A stretch of DNA of 64,000 nucleotides from Balanoglossus misakiensis. Its lineage: Eukaryota > Animalia > Hemichordata. Below the pieces are notes generated by a model, which made no database searches, was not told the DNA's origin, and worked only from the letters and a program-made list of their open reading frames with translations. How positions within the stretch are numbered: position 1 is the stretch's first letter; the number at the start of each line of letters is the position of its first letter. Below are positions 45,901-59,482 of this stretch, one piece after another. Made by a program: the position numbers and the translations under genes. Where the stretch lies: positions 4,790,735-4,854,734 of the forward strand of contig CM082592.2 in the NCBI GenBank assembly GCA_040954595.2. The letters are read 5' to 3'.

Positions 45901-48900
45901 AGCACACATATACAGCTACCGTGTCTCCACGGGTGATATACTTTATGTTATGGAGTAATTAACACAATTTTAGATGTGTATACTATTTAATGGGTTTTCA
46001 TGAATTACTTAGTATATGTGCACAGCGGACTTTCCGTGTCAACTTACAATACTTGTTATACACAGTGGGGGAATTGATATGAAGCAAATGAGCCGCCGGG
46101 AGATCGTATTGTTTGTATAGTATTGCAGAAATAAAATGTTGTGATTGCCTTGTATTCCCCTGAATATAATCCTATACTACACTATCAACAGAAGTGCGCT
46201 TGCTCCTGTGCCGGCGAGCAGCTAGCAAAGACTCGCTACATTTGTCATGAGCACATCATGCGAATATTCGTAATGTTTATCTTTGGCATATTCCAAAAAT
46301 TATATCGCTAGTTTATTTATATAAATGCATTTATGAAAAAAAAACAGGAGAATACACCGCTATCGTCCGGTGAGTCAGACATGTCGGAAACGATCGATTA
46401 CTGTATGTTCCTTGAGGTAGAAATCGAGAAGAATTAAGCGCATTACGCGGACTGTGTATTAAACAGCCACCCGATACGAGCCACATCATGCACACAATTC
46501 CTGTTAAAACGGTGTTCGAAAAGTACAAGAAAAATGCAGGCATATTTTATATCCTAGAATGAACAGGGCCAAGTGGGAAATCGCCTGCGTATTAATTAGA
46601 GAAATGGAACCCTCACTGCGCACAATATACTTTTACATCGACGGTTTATAACGAGCATAATGAAATGTCGATTTCACGCCTTATCAGGCACGGGGCATGC
46701 ACGGGCATATTCTGCGCTGACCAGATTCGTCAGAGAATTAAACGGTTGTTGTGCCCGCCAGACAGTTGATGTCCTAAAACAAACAAACCCTAATTGTCGC
46801 CAACAATACACACAAAGGTAACGGGACTATATGGAGAAACGCATCTCTCCCAAGCTCAATTATTCCTCCATTTATTTCGTTTCGAGCAATAAAACGCCGC
46901 CTGTTTTGGGTGGTTGCATTTTTATTCAAAGGCAAACATAGTGACTGCACGTAAGCTGGGTTAAGGTCGATAGGTAAGGTCAATACTTGAGGACAACGAA
47001 TAGTGCCTTTCCCTATTCACTTTTGCCTTTTTAACAGCGCGGTCACATTCCGCAGTCATTCACCGAGTCGGCGTGGTCAATTTGCATGATGGGTTTGAGT
47101 GAAATTTATGTTTAAAATGGCTTTCACTCAATGGATGTGTGCGTTTCATGCTGACAGGCCCTGTCAACGCCTGGACCATGACGTACGTCCAGGAAACTCA
47201 TTCAAATTTCTAAAAAAAATATTCTAACGTTAACGTACAGTCAGGTGTTTTCTCTCTCTGTGCGTTACATCGTCATCGTCGCGATAACAATAAACAGTCG
47301 CATGTCTGCGTTCTTGAACAAAGCCCGCACAGATGCCATCCCGCACGCGGAATCCGACGACAATGCGTAATACGGAAGCCGCATTTCGATAGCGTTGTGA
47401 TCGCCGCTCAGAGTGTCGAAGGCGCGCTCGAATTAGCGCACCCCGACTCATACATTCGATATTTGACGTCTGATAATTGAATCCTGGCAGCAAAAGACCG
47501 AAAACATCGATTAGGCCTACTGGTGGCGAGTTTTAACGTTGAAAGCTGGCAACTGCGCGTTCACCCGGTACACATAAGGTCACTCATGGCCACAGACTAA
47601 TCAGCATACACTTCAACTATTGCGTTTTTTGCGTTAAATTAATGAACATGCGAACGACGACAGTGACTTATTTGTTCGAATTAGCGTGTCTGCGGTAATG
47701 AAGGCCGCGTTTCGTTTAACGAGCAGCGGGTCCATTCCCACTCGAACGAATGATACGCCACTCTTGTATATTCGACCTACATGCATGTCATGGAAGTTGT
47801 TTTGTTCAAATATGCATGAATGAAAAGCGAATGTGCGTCGCTTCTTGTTCTCTGAACGTAGCTGGTCGCATGGTGGGATGATAAACATGCGATGGAAGCG
47901 AATAAATGATCTTTAATTAACCCACAGTACACCTCTGTCCGGTTCCATTGTTCATTTTCAGTCGAATTGCAATAAAAAATCAAATTAGGTAAATTGAGCA
48001 CACCGTACGACCATCAATGTTTCCAGACCACTCCCTGACGCGTGGACCGGGATTTTTTTCAACAGCGGAGCGTCCCTAAGCCCTTCACCTGTCACTGGGT
48101 AATTACACTTACCTCGTTCGGGCAAATCCCCCTGCGTTCCTGATGCCTGTCTCCTTTCCAGATGCAGAGATAATCCAACTGACTGAGCGTGTGTATTGTA
48201 TTGTTGGTGCAACGGAACACACCAACAAAAGGTGAACTGGAGTGCGCCGCGTGTTGTCTCGCCTGAGGGCGCACTGCTTATTCATGTGATATTGTCAGAA
48301 AATTTCGTTTTTCTCACAAAAACGACACAGTCGCATCCGAAACTTGTGAGGCATATTCTGAAAAAAAAAAATCATTTTGTCGTGCATTGGAAAAAAACAA
48401 TAAGGGACCAAAAATTCAAGAAGTCTATTGACCTCTAACGATGGTGTGCCGCTATATCTCGACAAAAATACTGTAAACCATTCTACAACTATTATGAATT
48501 TTACTGGTAGCTCAAGGTATCGCTCTATATAGGATATGCATATCAGGTCAGCTCCATGGCTGATTTCATATTCACAATTACTTATTCATGTCAACAATGA
48601 CAGGGACGACTCAATAGAGAGATAATGAGTGGCATATGCTCAAACAGCCCGGCGCAGTCCGCGGACGCCCGTCATGCGTGGACGCGTGTCCTTGGGGTCG
48701 GTGATGGGGATCGCCCTTCAATACACAATGCCTTCAAAAACTCTATTTTTAAAACTCGCTTGGCAGTTTGTTTTTCGTGCCACGCCCAAGAGTGATAAAA
48801 AAAATCCCCGCGCACACAGTTGCGTGCAACTGAACACGTCGGAGTGCCAAACATTTGATATACAGATATGTCATTTATGATTGTTGGTCCGTATGTCATT

Positions 48901-49983
48901 CTCCGTAACTTTTTTGTTGTGGGATTATAATTCAGTATTCATACATCTCAATGAATTACAAATGTATATCGCAATTTATGTGTGCACGATACCCGTTCAA
49001 TGGAGTGGACAGTTTATATTTTTTTATCAAATTGTTAAATATGTTGTAATTCTCTTGATTTTTTTTCTCTTTATATACACAAATTGAATGCTTTGTGTTT
49101 CAGCTGACGAGACCTTTGTCCCCGTAGTTGCTTTGTTTCATTAATAACGGTCACGAATTATGCAGAGTGAATACTACAATGAATGAAAGTTACGTAATAC
49201 CAAAGTTTACCATCTGGTTGCATTTTACATTATTTTCAAAGATGTCAATTGAATTAGAACACATACGAGGGTCTGAGGAAGACTTGAACAACTGACATCG
49301 GCGTGGCTGATAAAACTGACTTTCGTTTTACAATTTACTTTACCACTGAAAGAGTTGCCGAGAATTTTTGGAGACAAAATATTAAATTGCTCGACGGATT
49401 TCAGTTGAAGGTTTACCCACCATCTCAGCCGCAGGAAATGCAACTGACCATGTTTGTTACCGCAGCAAGAGCCAACAGTAGGATACGCGACACAGTACTC
49501 AGGAACCTGCAACTTCACCGGGCACCAAGACACGTGGTATCCAGCAACCACCTGTTGCGCCCGTGGAAAGTTATCTCCTTCCAGTACACACAGAGCATCT
49601 TCGTCTGCCAAGGTCTCTTTTCAGGCAGTTGGAAGCCAACGAAATGCTTCAAAAATTTCACATTCACTGCATGACAACCTAACTTTCACCAATGAAGAAT
49701 GAACTGTCAGTTACTTTGCCAATAATTGACCATCTGGCTATTTGCTGAAAGCTTAGAAAGTTTGCCCCTTTTCTCTTCAGTTACCCGTCCTGACATATTG
49801 GTATGGAAATCACTGGAGTCAAAATGTGAAGATGAGATTCAACAACTCCAAAATTACGACTATTCACACTGTACATTTTTAAAAATAGTTTTCTTTTATT
49901 GCAAAACTCTGAGGAAAGGTGTTAATAAAAGCCAAAACGATTTCACAACCTTCGCTACATTATCCTGGCTATTTCTCAAAGGG

Positions 49984-50059
49984 TTCAGCTGGCGTATAGC
50001 CACATCAGTCACCTACCCTGCTCTACAGAGCTTTAGGTAGATGACGTCATAATGCTGAA
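49984..50059 (-). promoter_or_regulatory. SECIS element (type 2) in SELENOM 3' UTR
   Basis: Minus strand: ttcagc-att-ATGA-cgtcatctacct-AAA-gctc-tgta-gagc-a-gggtaggtgac-TGAT-...gctgaa. It has the UGA/GA core, helix II, an unpaired AAA and an apical ministem. AATAAA follows at 49900-49895. Confidence 0.9.
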
Positions 50060-50442
50060 AAATACTTTGATGAACAACAAGGCTGCAATGTAACAAGGTG
50101 GCGTGGCCAATATGAATTGTTACAGAAAGCGTAACTGCGCCATCGGTGTCAGGGGGTTGGTGTTGCAGCGCCCTCTAGTGGCAATCCGGCTAAACCAGGC
50201 ACTATCAGTTTGATATCGATCCATTCTAAAGTTATCAAGCCATCATTTCTTTTGAGTTGGTGAATTTCAGTCTCTGCCTAGAAATCTCGATCCTTTTCAT
50301 TTCACAAATCATCGAATAACAAACTAAAAAACTAGAAAAAAAATAATGAGTTGATTACAACAAGCTTCGTAATTTTCAAAACTACATAGTTTCTTTCTGT
50401 AATAATTCATTCCTCCAGTTGGTGCTTTTCAAGCGACAATCT

Positions 50443-53400
50443 CTACAATTCTGCCTTGTCTGCTTTCTTGGCATCTTCTGCCGGGGCTTCGTCTTCAGCC
50501 TCCTCCGTCTCCTCGACCACCTTGGGTACGTAGGGACCGGTTTTATACTCCTCTGGGACCTCTTGATCTTTATAGTCTTTCCTGTAGAAACCCTTGTTCA
50601 CCAGGAGTTGATTGAGCTCATCCCTGTCGAAGGGGCTCAAATCGATTTTCTGAAAAGAAAGAAACAAGTTGAAACGATGAACTGGGGTCACTTTCATCCA
50701 TGTACTAGTTTTCTTGGTACGCAATCTTTCATTGCATATTCAAGTTTTTTTCATGCGAGTATTTCCATGTGTAGAGTTACATTATAGCATTCTGTACCGG
50801 TACACTGAGCTGACAGAATGATAAGGTTGGCGAACGCCAGTCAAAACGGTTTGCTGATACTAAAATTAACATTTGTGATAACTGGGGGAGGGTTTTTTAA
50901 ATGTATGGTTCTATATAGGAGATAATTACACAGAGGTAAACTGATGTCATGTCTGCCCCCCTGAAAAACAACTATCAGTTTCACATACCTCAACTACGGC
51001 ACTATCCTCATCTAGGAGAAAAAGATCAGGATTGCGGCCAGGAATTGGTTTGAATTCTACATTGTGACTGAGATAGGATTGTCAGTTAAGAAAAAAAAAT
51101 ATATGATGTAACAACTTGTAAATACTGCATTTTGTGATGTACATGTGTGGATGAGCATTTGACACAAATATCAGATTGATTGTGACTGAAAAGATCTTGT
51201 TTAGATGATATATATCTCACTACATTATAAAAATTCAGCGGAAGTCATTACTTGGCTATGTAAATACAGTCATAATTTGCATGCACCAGCTGGAGGAAAT
51301 TTTCGTTGTAAACAATTATAACATTTGCTCTGTACACAAGTGTTTAATTTATGCATAATTAATGTTTGTGATGTCATATCATCAATCACCATTCTCTATT
51401 GTGCATTGACGGAAACCATATGTTACACTGACTGAACACTGAGTGGGTTAGGTACTTACTGCTGGCTTCAATTTAAATACATATACCTTTTACCGGTAGT
51501 ACCTACAAATGTGGATACTTTCCTGTGAAACAACACTGGGAACTATTTTCCTGAAAATAATATTTGCCCAAAGTCAAGCATTTACATTGCTGTTTTGTAG
51601 AATTTGTGATATTCCATACACACAAAATGTAGAAAATTTGGTTGGTTTTAACAGAAAACATTTGCATGTTACAGCAGTTTGATTTTTAACCAATTTTACT
51701 CTTGCATTTAAAAAATAACACTTCGAAGTTTACCAAACAAACAGACACACAATGAATTCAAGAATACTGACAGCCTTTACACACAATTTATAGTCATGCT
51801 GGGCTTTTTCTTTCACATCCGAACTTTGGCAAACAAAGCTGGGTGGCCTGAATTGATGGCATCTGACCCTGGGGTCCATGGTAATCATTTCATATGCAAA
51901 CAAAAGCAAATATCGCAGTGTTCATGGAATACACGTCTGGCATTTCTATCTTGTTTTCTATAATCACTGAATTACACTGTTTGCCTTTGCAATAGACAAC
52001 ACAAAAGTGGGATTTTAGGAATTTATGTGAAACAAGGTACATGTACAAATACATAGAGAAACTGCAGCCCCATGATAGGTTTTGAAATGGGGACCACGGT
52101 ACTTCTGAATGCATTAACCAGCCATATGTTGGTCTGAAGCCAGATTTGGCGTTAATTCATTTTTCATTTCCTTTAGTTTCATATCTATCATTTGGAAAAG
52201 ATTTTGAAGCGAATGTAACAAAGGAAATTGAGATTTTTGTCAGTTCTCTCACGATAACCATCTGGCCAGATAAAAATTGTTTTTTTTTTTTATCAATTCA
52301 TCCCAATCCTATTCAAATGCAAAACGTTGAATAAACCAACCACGCTTGTGTGTGACCATATGGTTTGAATGAGATGGGTACACAGTAAAATTTCATGCTT
52401 ATTCAGAAAATTCTTTTCCTGAAAATGCAGTGACAATGTGAAACATTTTTCAAGGTTTTGAACTAAGGTGTTGCGCACTGATGAAAAGGGTAACCTTCAG
52501 GCAAGGATAATTACCTCACCATCATCATTCTTCCCAGTGACTTCATAAAAGGGCAATTCTATGACATATAAACATCTTCACACGACAGACTGATCGACAT
52601 ATGTAATTATCAATCCAACCAGCACATTTGTTGGGCTGCACTATAATCGGCATGATCTTTTTGTTCGATCGCAAAAAATAGAAAATTAATGGTTCGGAAA
52701 TAAAAACCATTATTATTTTAGACTACTTAATGCTAACATGTATAACTTTGCGTGACCGGTCTGGCGGTTTTCTATCGGAGCATTGATCAATCATGCCACA
52801 GCTGACCTCAAAAGCTAGAGTGCTATTTTGCTAGTAGTTTAGTGCCATATTTGATTTGACACGTCTAAACATGACAAAGCTTAAAAAAGAACAATTGCCT
52901 AGCCAAAAAAAGTTGGTCTTTTACTTTCAGTTTGTTCAGGTAAAAACTGTCACAAAATATACAATTGTTCAATGGGTATTAACATTTTCATACTGTGAAT
53001 TTATCCAGCTGTTCTATCAGAAAAAAACGCAACACCAATATGTGTGCATGCAGTTTAGGATAGACGTGCTTCGTCAAATGATAGTGTGTCACATTTTAAC
53101 CTGCATCTGAAGTGTGTGCACTTACAGCTACCTATCAGAGCCATCTAAAACCGCGACGACTTTATGCATTACAGATGATACAGTTGTGGCATCAGATGTT
53201 TCAAAATACACACACGTACACACACACTGTAACATTCAATTTTTGGGCAGCTGACATTTCAACCTGTTGCAACCTATATCTGTGATCAGCGTGAATGGAT
53301 TGGTAATACAATAGATAAATGAACACATTCATATTTCCAGATGATTGGTAATATCTGATGTTACTAATTGATGCCATGGTTTAGATAGTACCAGTCAAAT

Positions 53401-53926
53401 TCAGGACTTGAATAGGATCACAGTGGTAACATTGCTTTGTGGTATACAGGGTCACAATGATGTGAATGTGAATAAATGATGGTATAACATCACATTGATA
53501 TGAAGGTGCCAGTAAATTCACAAATTGTAAAGCTTACTGCAATCGTGAAAAAATATCATAAAGTTATTATTAAAAGTTAAAACAGTACATTTTGCTTTTT
53601 CAATACTTATTCAAAGGATACAAAAAAGGCAAATCCTCATAGATGAATTTCTTCACCTTGGGAAGCCTGTTCAATCGTCATCCACTGCAGCTCTGTAGGG
53701 GAGAGGAGAAAAAGCACATGCTTTATAAGTACAGGGTATTATTAGCGTCATGTGAAAAAGAAATGTGTATATGTGGCATTGTTGGTCACTGCAGGAAAAA
53801 AAATAATGGTTGAACCGCCTACTGTACCTCGACTTTAGCGCTCATAACCGGCTTCTGCGATAGTTCTTTGTCTTCTCCTAGTGCGAGTGCAAGCACTGCA
53901 CTGAAAAATAGTACTTTCGTCAACAT
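50443..53926 (-). CDS. SELENOM: Selenoprotein M (ER thioredoxin-like, CxxU), ~151 aa
   Basis: Exons 53926-53828, 53692-53622, 51067-50989 and 50649-50443. Signal peptide MLTKVLFFSAVLALALG; AKVESCSG-U-RLNRLPKVKKFI with in-frame TGA at 53680-53678; HNVEFKPIPGRNPDL; C-terminal KAEL ER-retention-like signal; SECIS downstream. Confidence 0.93.
51068..53621 (-). other. U12-type (minor spliceosome) GT-AG intron
   Basis: The donor is GTATCCTTT. A branch-point-like TTCTTAAC lies ~17 nt upstream of the CAG acceptor, without a long pyrimidine tract between them. Confidence 0.85.
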
Positions 53927-54261
53927 CGTGCGCCTTTCAGGGCTTCCGAATTCACACTTTCTGTCGTCTGCAGTCTAAATGAACAGTAACGCACCACTGC
54001 AATGTCAGTAGCGGAAGTAATGTGCCAATGAGTTGTGTCCTTTTCCTATTTGTAGGTTACATTAGGTCAAAGGTTAAAGAAGAGATAACGTTATTTCACA
54101 CTAAACCGGAAAAATAATGGAATGCAAATTATTCTTTTCTTTATATTAGTTTTATTTTATATCCTCTCTTCACGAATATTGCGGCGACTTGCGGTTTCTT
54201 TCTTATTTTTTGTGTGCCTACCTTTTACCCATGATGCTCAAGAAACACACGCTGAACCAAC
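53927..54261. promoter_or_regulatory. Putative bidirectional promoter SELENOM / PRPF19
   Basis: The divergent ATGs are ~335 bp apart. ETS-like gcggaagt at ~54011 and ccggaa at ~54106. Confidence 0.65.
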
Positions 54262-57200
54262 ATGGCGCTATCCTGTTCAAGTGAGTGACACATTTGTTAT
54301 TTTTGCGTATTTCCAATCTATTTGCCGCCAGTTATGTATTTTGCAGTGTGATTGGTTCCTACAGTGATCATTGGTGTTTTATTAGGGATGCAGGATCTTG
54401 ATCTCACCATGCGCATTTCATATCGTGTGCAGTTCAGAACTCAGTGTACAATGGAAGGGTCTTCGGCGCGATCACGTTGTTTGCCGGTAAACGAAGCCAT
54501 GATCATTGACATGAGCGGTGTGCGATCACAATTGAATTTATGCAGAGGCAAATTTAAATTCGCGACAAAACTTTAGATTGCTTGTGTATAAGCAATGGCA
54601 ACACTTTCAGTTTAATTTCAGTTACGTGAATCAAACGAAGGGCTTAATTTCAACACAGTGCTACTGCTACAATGGTACAAAAATGAATGCAATGTACATG
54701 ACAATCATATACCCATAACCCACGCGTAAAGTCTTCAACTTCATGCCAAACTCTGACGTAGGTCATGTATGTGTAGCGGTCGATGTAGTTTAGACCTGTA
54801 TGTTTCTTAGGACGGTTGACTGGTAAACATACACGCACATACAGCTGTACCCATAGGCAACATAGCTTGATTTATGGCGTGTATCTATGTAAATTGTGAT
54901 CGTTGCCTTGGCATGGTCAATAAGTAACCGGTGCTGAAGTTCAGTCCTAGTCCTACTGCCCCAACCGCATTAGTGTATCGTGTAGTTTGAAATAGGATTT
55001 AAATTCAGATCAATTTTACAGCTCTCCCAGGTGAATAATGTCTGGGTAGGTACTAGGTAGAGAACTGTAAATCTTACTGGAACAGCAAAATTTACTGATG
55101 ATGCTTACTGTATACACAGTTGTATACAAATGAGGATCTGCTTCTGTATACATACTACACATACAATCATTTACAATTGCGTGATCTGTATTTTCTCCTT
55201 TCCAGTTTCAAACGAAGTGCCAGAGCATCCAGTATTGTCTCCGGTCTCGGGCCACATCTTTGAGAAGCGGCTGATAGAGAAGTATGTGGCTGAAAACGGC
55301 ACAGATCCTGTCAATGGGGAGGCTTTGTCAGAGGAGCAGTTGATTGAAGTTAAAGGTATAGTTTTCTAAGATTTGAAAAGATGATGGACTTGACTTTGAT
55401 GACAAATAAAAGCTTCAAGTTTCTTGCATGTACATGTATGGAAGCACATATACAAATGTACCGAATTGTACATGTTTTCACTGGTTTGGCTGAGGATCTT
55501 GTATAGGCCCTACTGAGTAACACACACTTGGCAGCCCAATAGGCCTGGGTGCGCAGTTTCAACCAACTTGGCAGCGTTAGGGTTAAAGAAAAATAAAGTA
55601 GTCAAAGAAATTGGTAAAAAGTGTGGAATGGAAAAAAAGATAAGCATGCTGATGTTGTTATTGTAACTCTAATCCACAATGCCACTGTTTGATACCCCTG
55701 CAGCAAGCGCAGTGCTCAAGCCACGTCCACCGACCGCGACCAGTATCCCGGCGATACTGAAATCCCTGCAAGACGAGTGGGATGCCTGCATGTTACACAG
55801 CTTCACCCTGCGGCAGCAGCTGCAGACGGCCCGGCAGGAGTTGTCCCACGCCCTGTACCAGCACGACGCGGCTTGCCGTGTCATTGCCCGTCTCACCAAG
55901 GAAGTGTTGGCAGCCAGAGAAGGTAACGGGGATGGTCACACTTTGTCTTGCCTTCTCTTAGTGGACCTTGTTTTCCTGTACTATGTACTGAAGTAATGTT
56001 CTGTGAAGATCATCACATCTCTGTTTGTACCGTCTGACTTAATGCTAGTATTTGCAATCACAAATGAAAAGTTCTTGAAATTCCTGGAAAAATTGAGTTT
56101 GACTCTTATGTTATCATAAAATGCATTTTAGATCAGTCTAGTATAAACAGAAAATTCAGAAAAAGATAAAATAGATCATTGATGAAAACTTTGTGTCTGA
56201 TTCCATTCTCTGCAGCTTTGGCCACCCTGAAGCCCCAAGCAGCCCCTGGTATTGTACCTACCACCCCCACACAGCAAATGCCAATGCCCATGGCCATGGA
56301 ACCCATGGAGGCGGCAGAGGCTGGCGCCGAGGTGGGCATGACAGACGAGGTCATACTGAAGGTAAGCAATACGGGTTTGGGGGGAAATTTTGTGAATCAT
56401 CAACTTCGTGAAAGATTTTCCGCCATACATCACTGTGGGTGTACTGTAGCACCGAAGTGATGCATGAGATTTCTCCATGGCGAACAGAACTTTCGAACCA
56501 CCCACCCCCCAAAAAACTGGTGCAAGCCCCCACCTACTTTGGTATCCTTAGTTGTACACTGAGCCTGGGCGAACGAAATGACCTCGCCCCCACTTCTCCT
56601 TTCCAGTTGCAAGACAAGGCACAGCTGTTGACTGCAGAGCGTAAGAAGCGTGGCAAGAAGGTGCCGGAAGATCTGGTCGGAAGTGAAGACATCAGGAATT
56701 ACAAACAACAGTCATCACATCCTGTAAGCTGTACATATGTTATTTTCAATTTCAACTCCATAAAAATTATCATCGTGTTCCACCCTCCCTGCCGGACAAA
56801 AATAGCCTTTAGCTACCTACAGGGCAGCAGTTGGTGTTACAACTTACTAGTTATTGACCACAACAGGATGATCACTACGAAAACCTAGAGTTAGAATACT
56901 TGGATGTCACTGTGCTGATAACGTGAATGCTTTTTTTCCAACCTAGGGTCTTCACAGTGCTAGTGTTCCCGGCCTCCTGGCTTTGGACCTGCATGCATCT
57001 GACACATCAAGAGTACTTACAGGTAAGCCGTGTAAAAATATTCAGACAACTCATTCTTGTTATGTATTGTCATGTTACTTCTGGGTTCGGGGAAGCAATG
57101 AGCAGGAAAGTGCCTTGCTCGAGGACACAACACCACACAGCCATGTCAGAGCTCGAACCCCTACTCTCTGAATGGGAGACTTCCACTGCTCCAGTCCGCT

Positions 57201-59482
57201 GGACTATGATGGCTCCAAATCTTGTCCAAGCAAACCTTTCTGGCAAACTTACACCAAAAAGTTAGCTTATCCAGGTGTTGGTTTTATGGCAGTATTTTAC
57301 ACAGCTGAACGTGTACTTTCATCTCTCTTCCAGGTGGTGCCGACAAGACAGCCGTAGTCTTCAACAAAGACACAGAACAGGTAGTGTCCATCCTGAAAGG
57401 CCACACCAAGAAAGTCACCAACGTCATCTACCATCCTGAAGAAGTAAGTACATGTGACTGATCACCCCTACATTAATAGTGGTCTTACCCTAGAATTCAG
57501 AAAAATTGTATACTATATGAAATTCCGTCTACGTCGACAGAAATGGTATCCTGTACTCAAGACATGTATCTTGTACATGTACATGTATCACACATGCCAT
57601 ACATGTATAAATAAAGTTGATGTTTGCTTGAACCAATTCTCATCTTATGACATTGTCAACACTTATAATATGTTGCAGCCAAATATTAATTTTATTAACA
57701 ACATATTGATTTCTTCCTTATGACCATTTCTCTTTTAGGACGTCGTTTTCACGGCATCTCCCGACACCACCATCCGTGTTTGGATGGTCGCCAACGGCAC
57801 CTGCAGCCAGATCATCCGGGCTCACGAGGGCGCAGTCACCGGCATCAGTCTACACGCCACGGGTGATTACCTGCTGAGCTGTTCTGAAGACCAGCACTGG
57901 GCGTTCTCCGATATCAGAACTGGACGCGTGCTGACAAGGATTTCGGATGACTCTGTCAACCATCGTAAGTGCATTAGTAAATATTGCTCAAATGTTCACT
58001 ACTCAACAAAACAAAACAATTATTGGATTACAGAAGGATTATTTTCATATTTTACTCGCAAAATAAATGTGTGCGAGATTTTGCATTTCTGGATTCTGAT
58101 GCAAGACAGTCAGCAAAGTCATTAGTATAGTACATAGACCCAACTAGAATCAAATGCCGTTGAACCCACAATGTCTGTGATTGGTGAACATGAACAAGAT
58201 TGTTCTCAAACACATATTGAAAGATATTCTGGGGAGTTTTTGAAAGACCCATGATGATTATGTGAATATTCTGAAAAAGACTGGAACCCTTTTAGGAAAT
58301 GGATTTGCAATCTCATCAACATGAAACAATTGTATCATATTTTGTCACCGCAGCTCTGACGTGTGCCCAGTTCCATCCGGACGGTCTCATCTTCGGCACG
58401 GGAACCGGCGACAGCATGATCAAGATTTGGGATTTGAAAGAGCGGGCCAACGTGGCCAACTTCCCGGGACACTCCGGGCCGATCTCCGCCATCTCCTTCT
58501 CGGAGAACGGCTACTACCTGGCCACTTCGGCCGACGATTCCGTGGTCAAGCTGTGGGATTTGCGTAAGCTGAAGAACTTCAAGACAATTACTCTGGACGA
58601 TAGATATGAGGTGGGTCACAACAAACCAATTGTACCTTCACATTTTGGTTAAGTCCCCTTGTGTTTACCGGTGTGGGTTGATCCAAACACTGTGAAATGG
58701 GGGTGATTGGGTTGAGAGCATTGCGATGAACTGTGGTGCCTCATGCATTTAAAAGTGGGGATTGAAACTTTAATTTTTTATATACATGTTTATGCATTCA
58801 TTAATCTGCTGTCCATCAACAGAAGCTCACCAGAAATCACAGAGTGATATAATTGAAAAAAAAGTGGTACAGTTTATATTGTAATAGTTGAAATGACAGT
58901 AAGTGTTTTTTCTGCTTCTGTAGGTGAAATCCCTGTGCTTTGATCAGAGTGGTACGTACTTGGCAGTGGCTGGATCTGACGTTCGCGTGTATCTGTGCAA
59001 GCAGTGGGATACGCTGGCAGTCTTCAAAGGTAACACTACATTGTGAATCTCTTTATCAGTGACATAGGTTGACTGTGGCTTGATCAGGCAGACTGTTCTG
59101 CCAGCATTGTCACTCTGTGTGTCTGTCCCTGGTATTAGCAGATAATGAGTTGATTCCAGGAGGTGTCACTTTTCTTTGGATGACATATGAATATTAATGA
59201 GCATGTATATTAATGAGTAGCCAGCACTCAAGTCAAGCTGCGCAGAACCCATGTGCAATCGGATGGTACATGACTAACTGTGTGCTGACTTTCTGAAATC
59301 CTAGCCATTTCACCCAGGTCATGGCGGACTCCGTTTTACACCTGGCCTATGCTAACCTGTTTTCCCTTTTGTGTCTTGTTACAGATCATTCGGATATGGC
59401 TACCGGTGTGCGATTTGGTCGCCATTCTCAGTTCATCGCCTCCACTGGAATGGATCGTACTCTGAAATTCTACGGTCTGTGA
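54262..59482 (+). CDS. PRPF19: Pre-mRNA processing factor 19 (U-box, coiled coil, WD40)
   Basis: Exons 54262-54280, 55206-55355, 55704-55922, 56216-56361, 56607-56723, 56947-57022, 57334-57443, 57739-57964, 58354-58610, 58924-59029 and 59385-59482. Motifs: [82 protein letters not shown]. Confidence 0.96.
57075..57216 (-). mobile_element. tRNA-derived SINE (5' part) in PRPF19 intron
   Basis: Minus strand: ggagccatca-tagtccagcgg (A-box-like) ... ggttcgagctc (B-box-like) ... gtgttgtgtcctcgagcaaggcactt, a central block typical of CORE/Deu/V-type SINEs. Confidence 0.65.

Noticed and set aside
49303-49702. Overlapping ORFs with faint resemblance to a degenerate LTR-retrotransposon RNase H segment
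   Set aside because: Similarity is too weak by eye, one frame has a stop, and no LTR or RT is nearby.
59215-59360. Two adjacent hairpins in the last PRPF19 intron (H/ACA-like); another hairpin at ~24985-25056
   Set aside because: No canonical ANANNA hinge or correctly placed ACA box.
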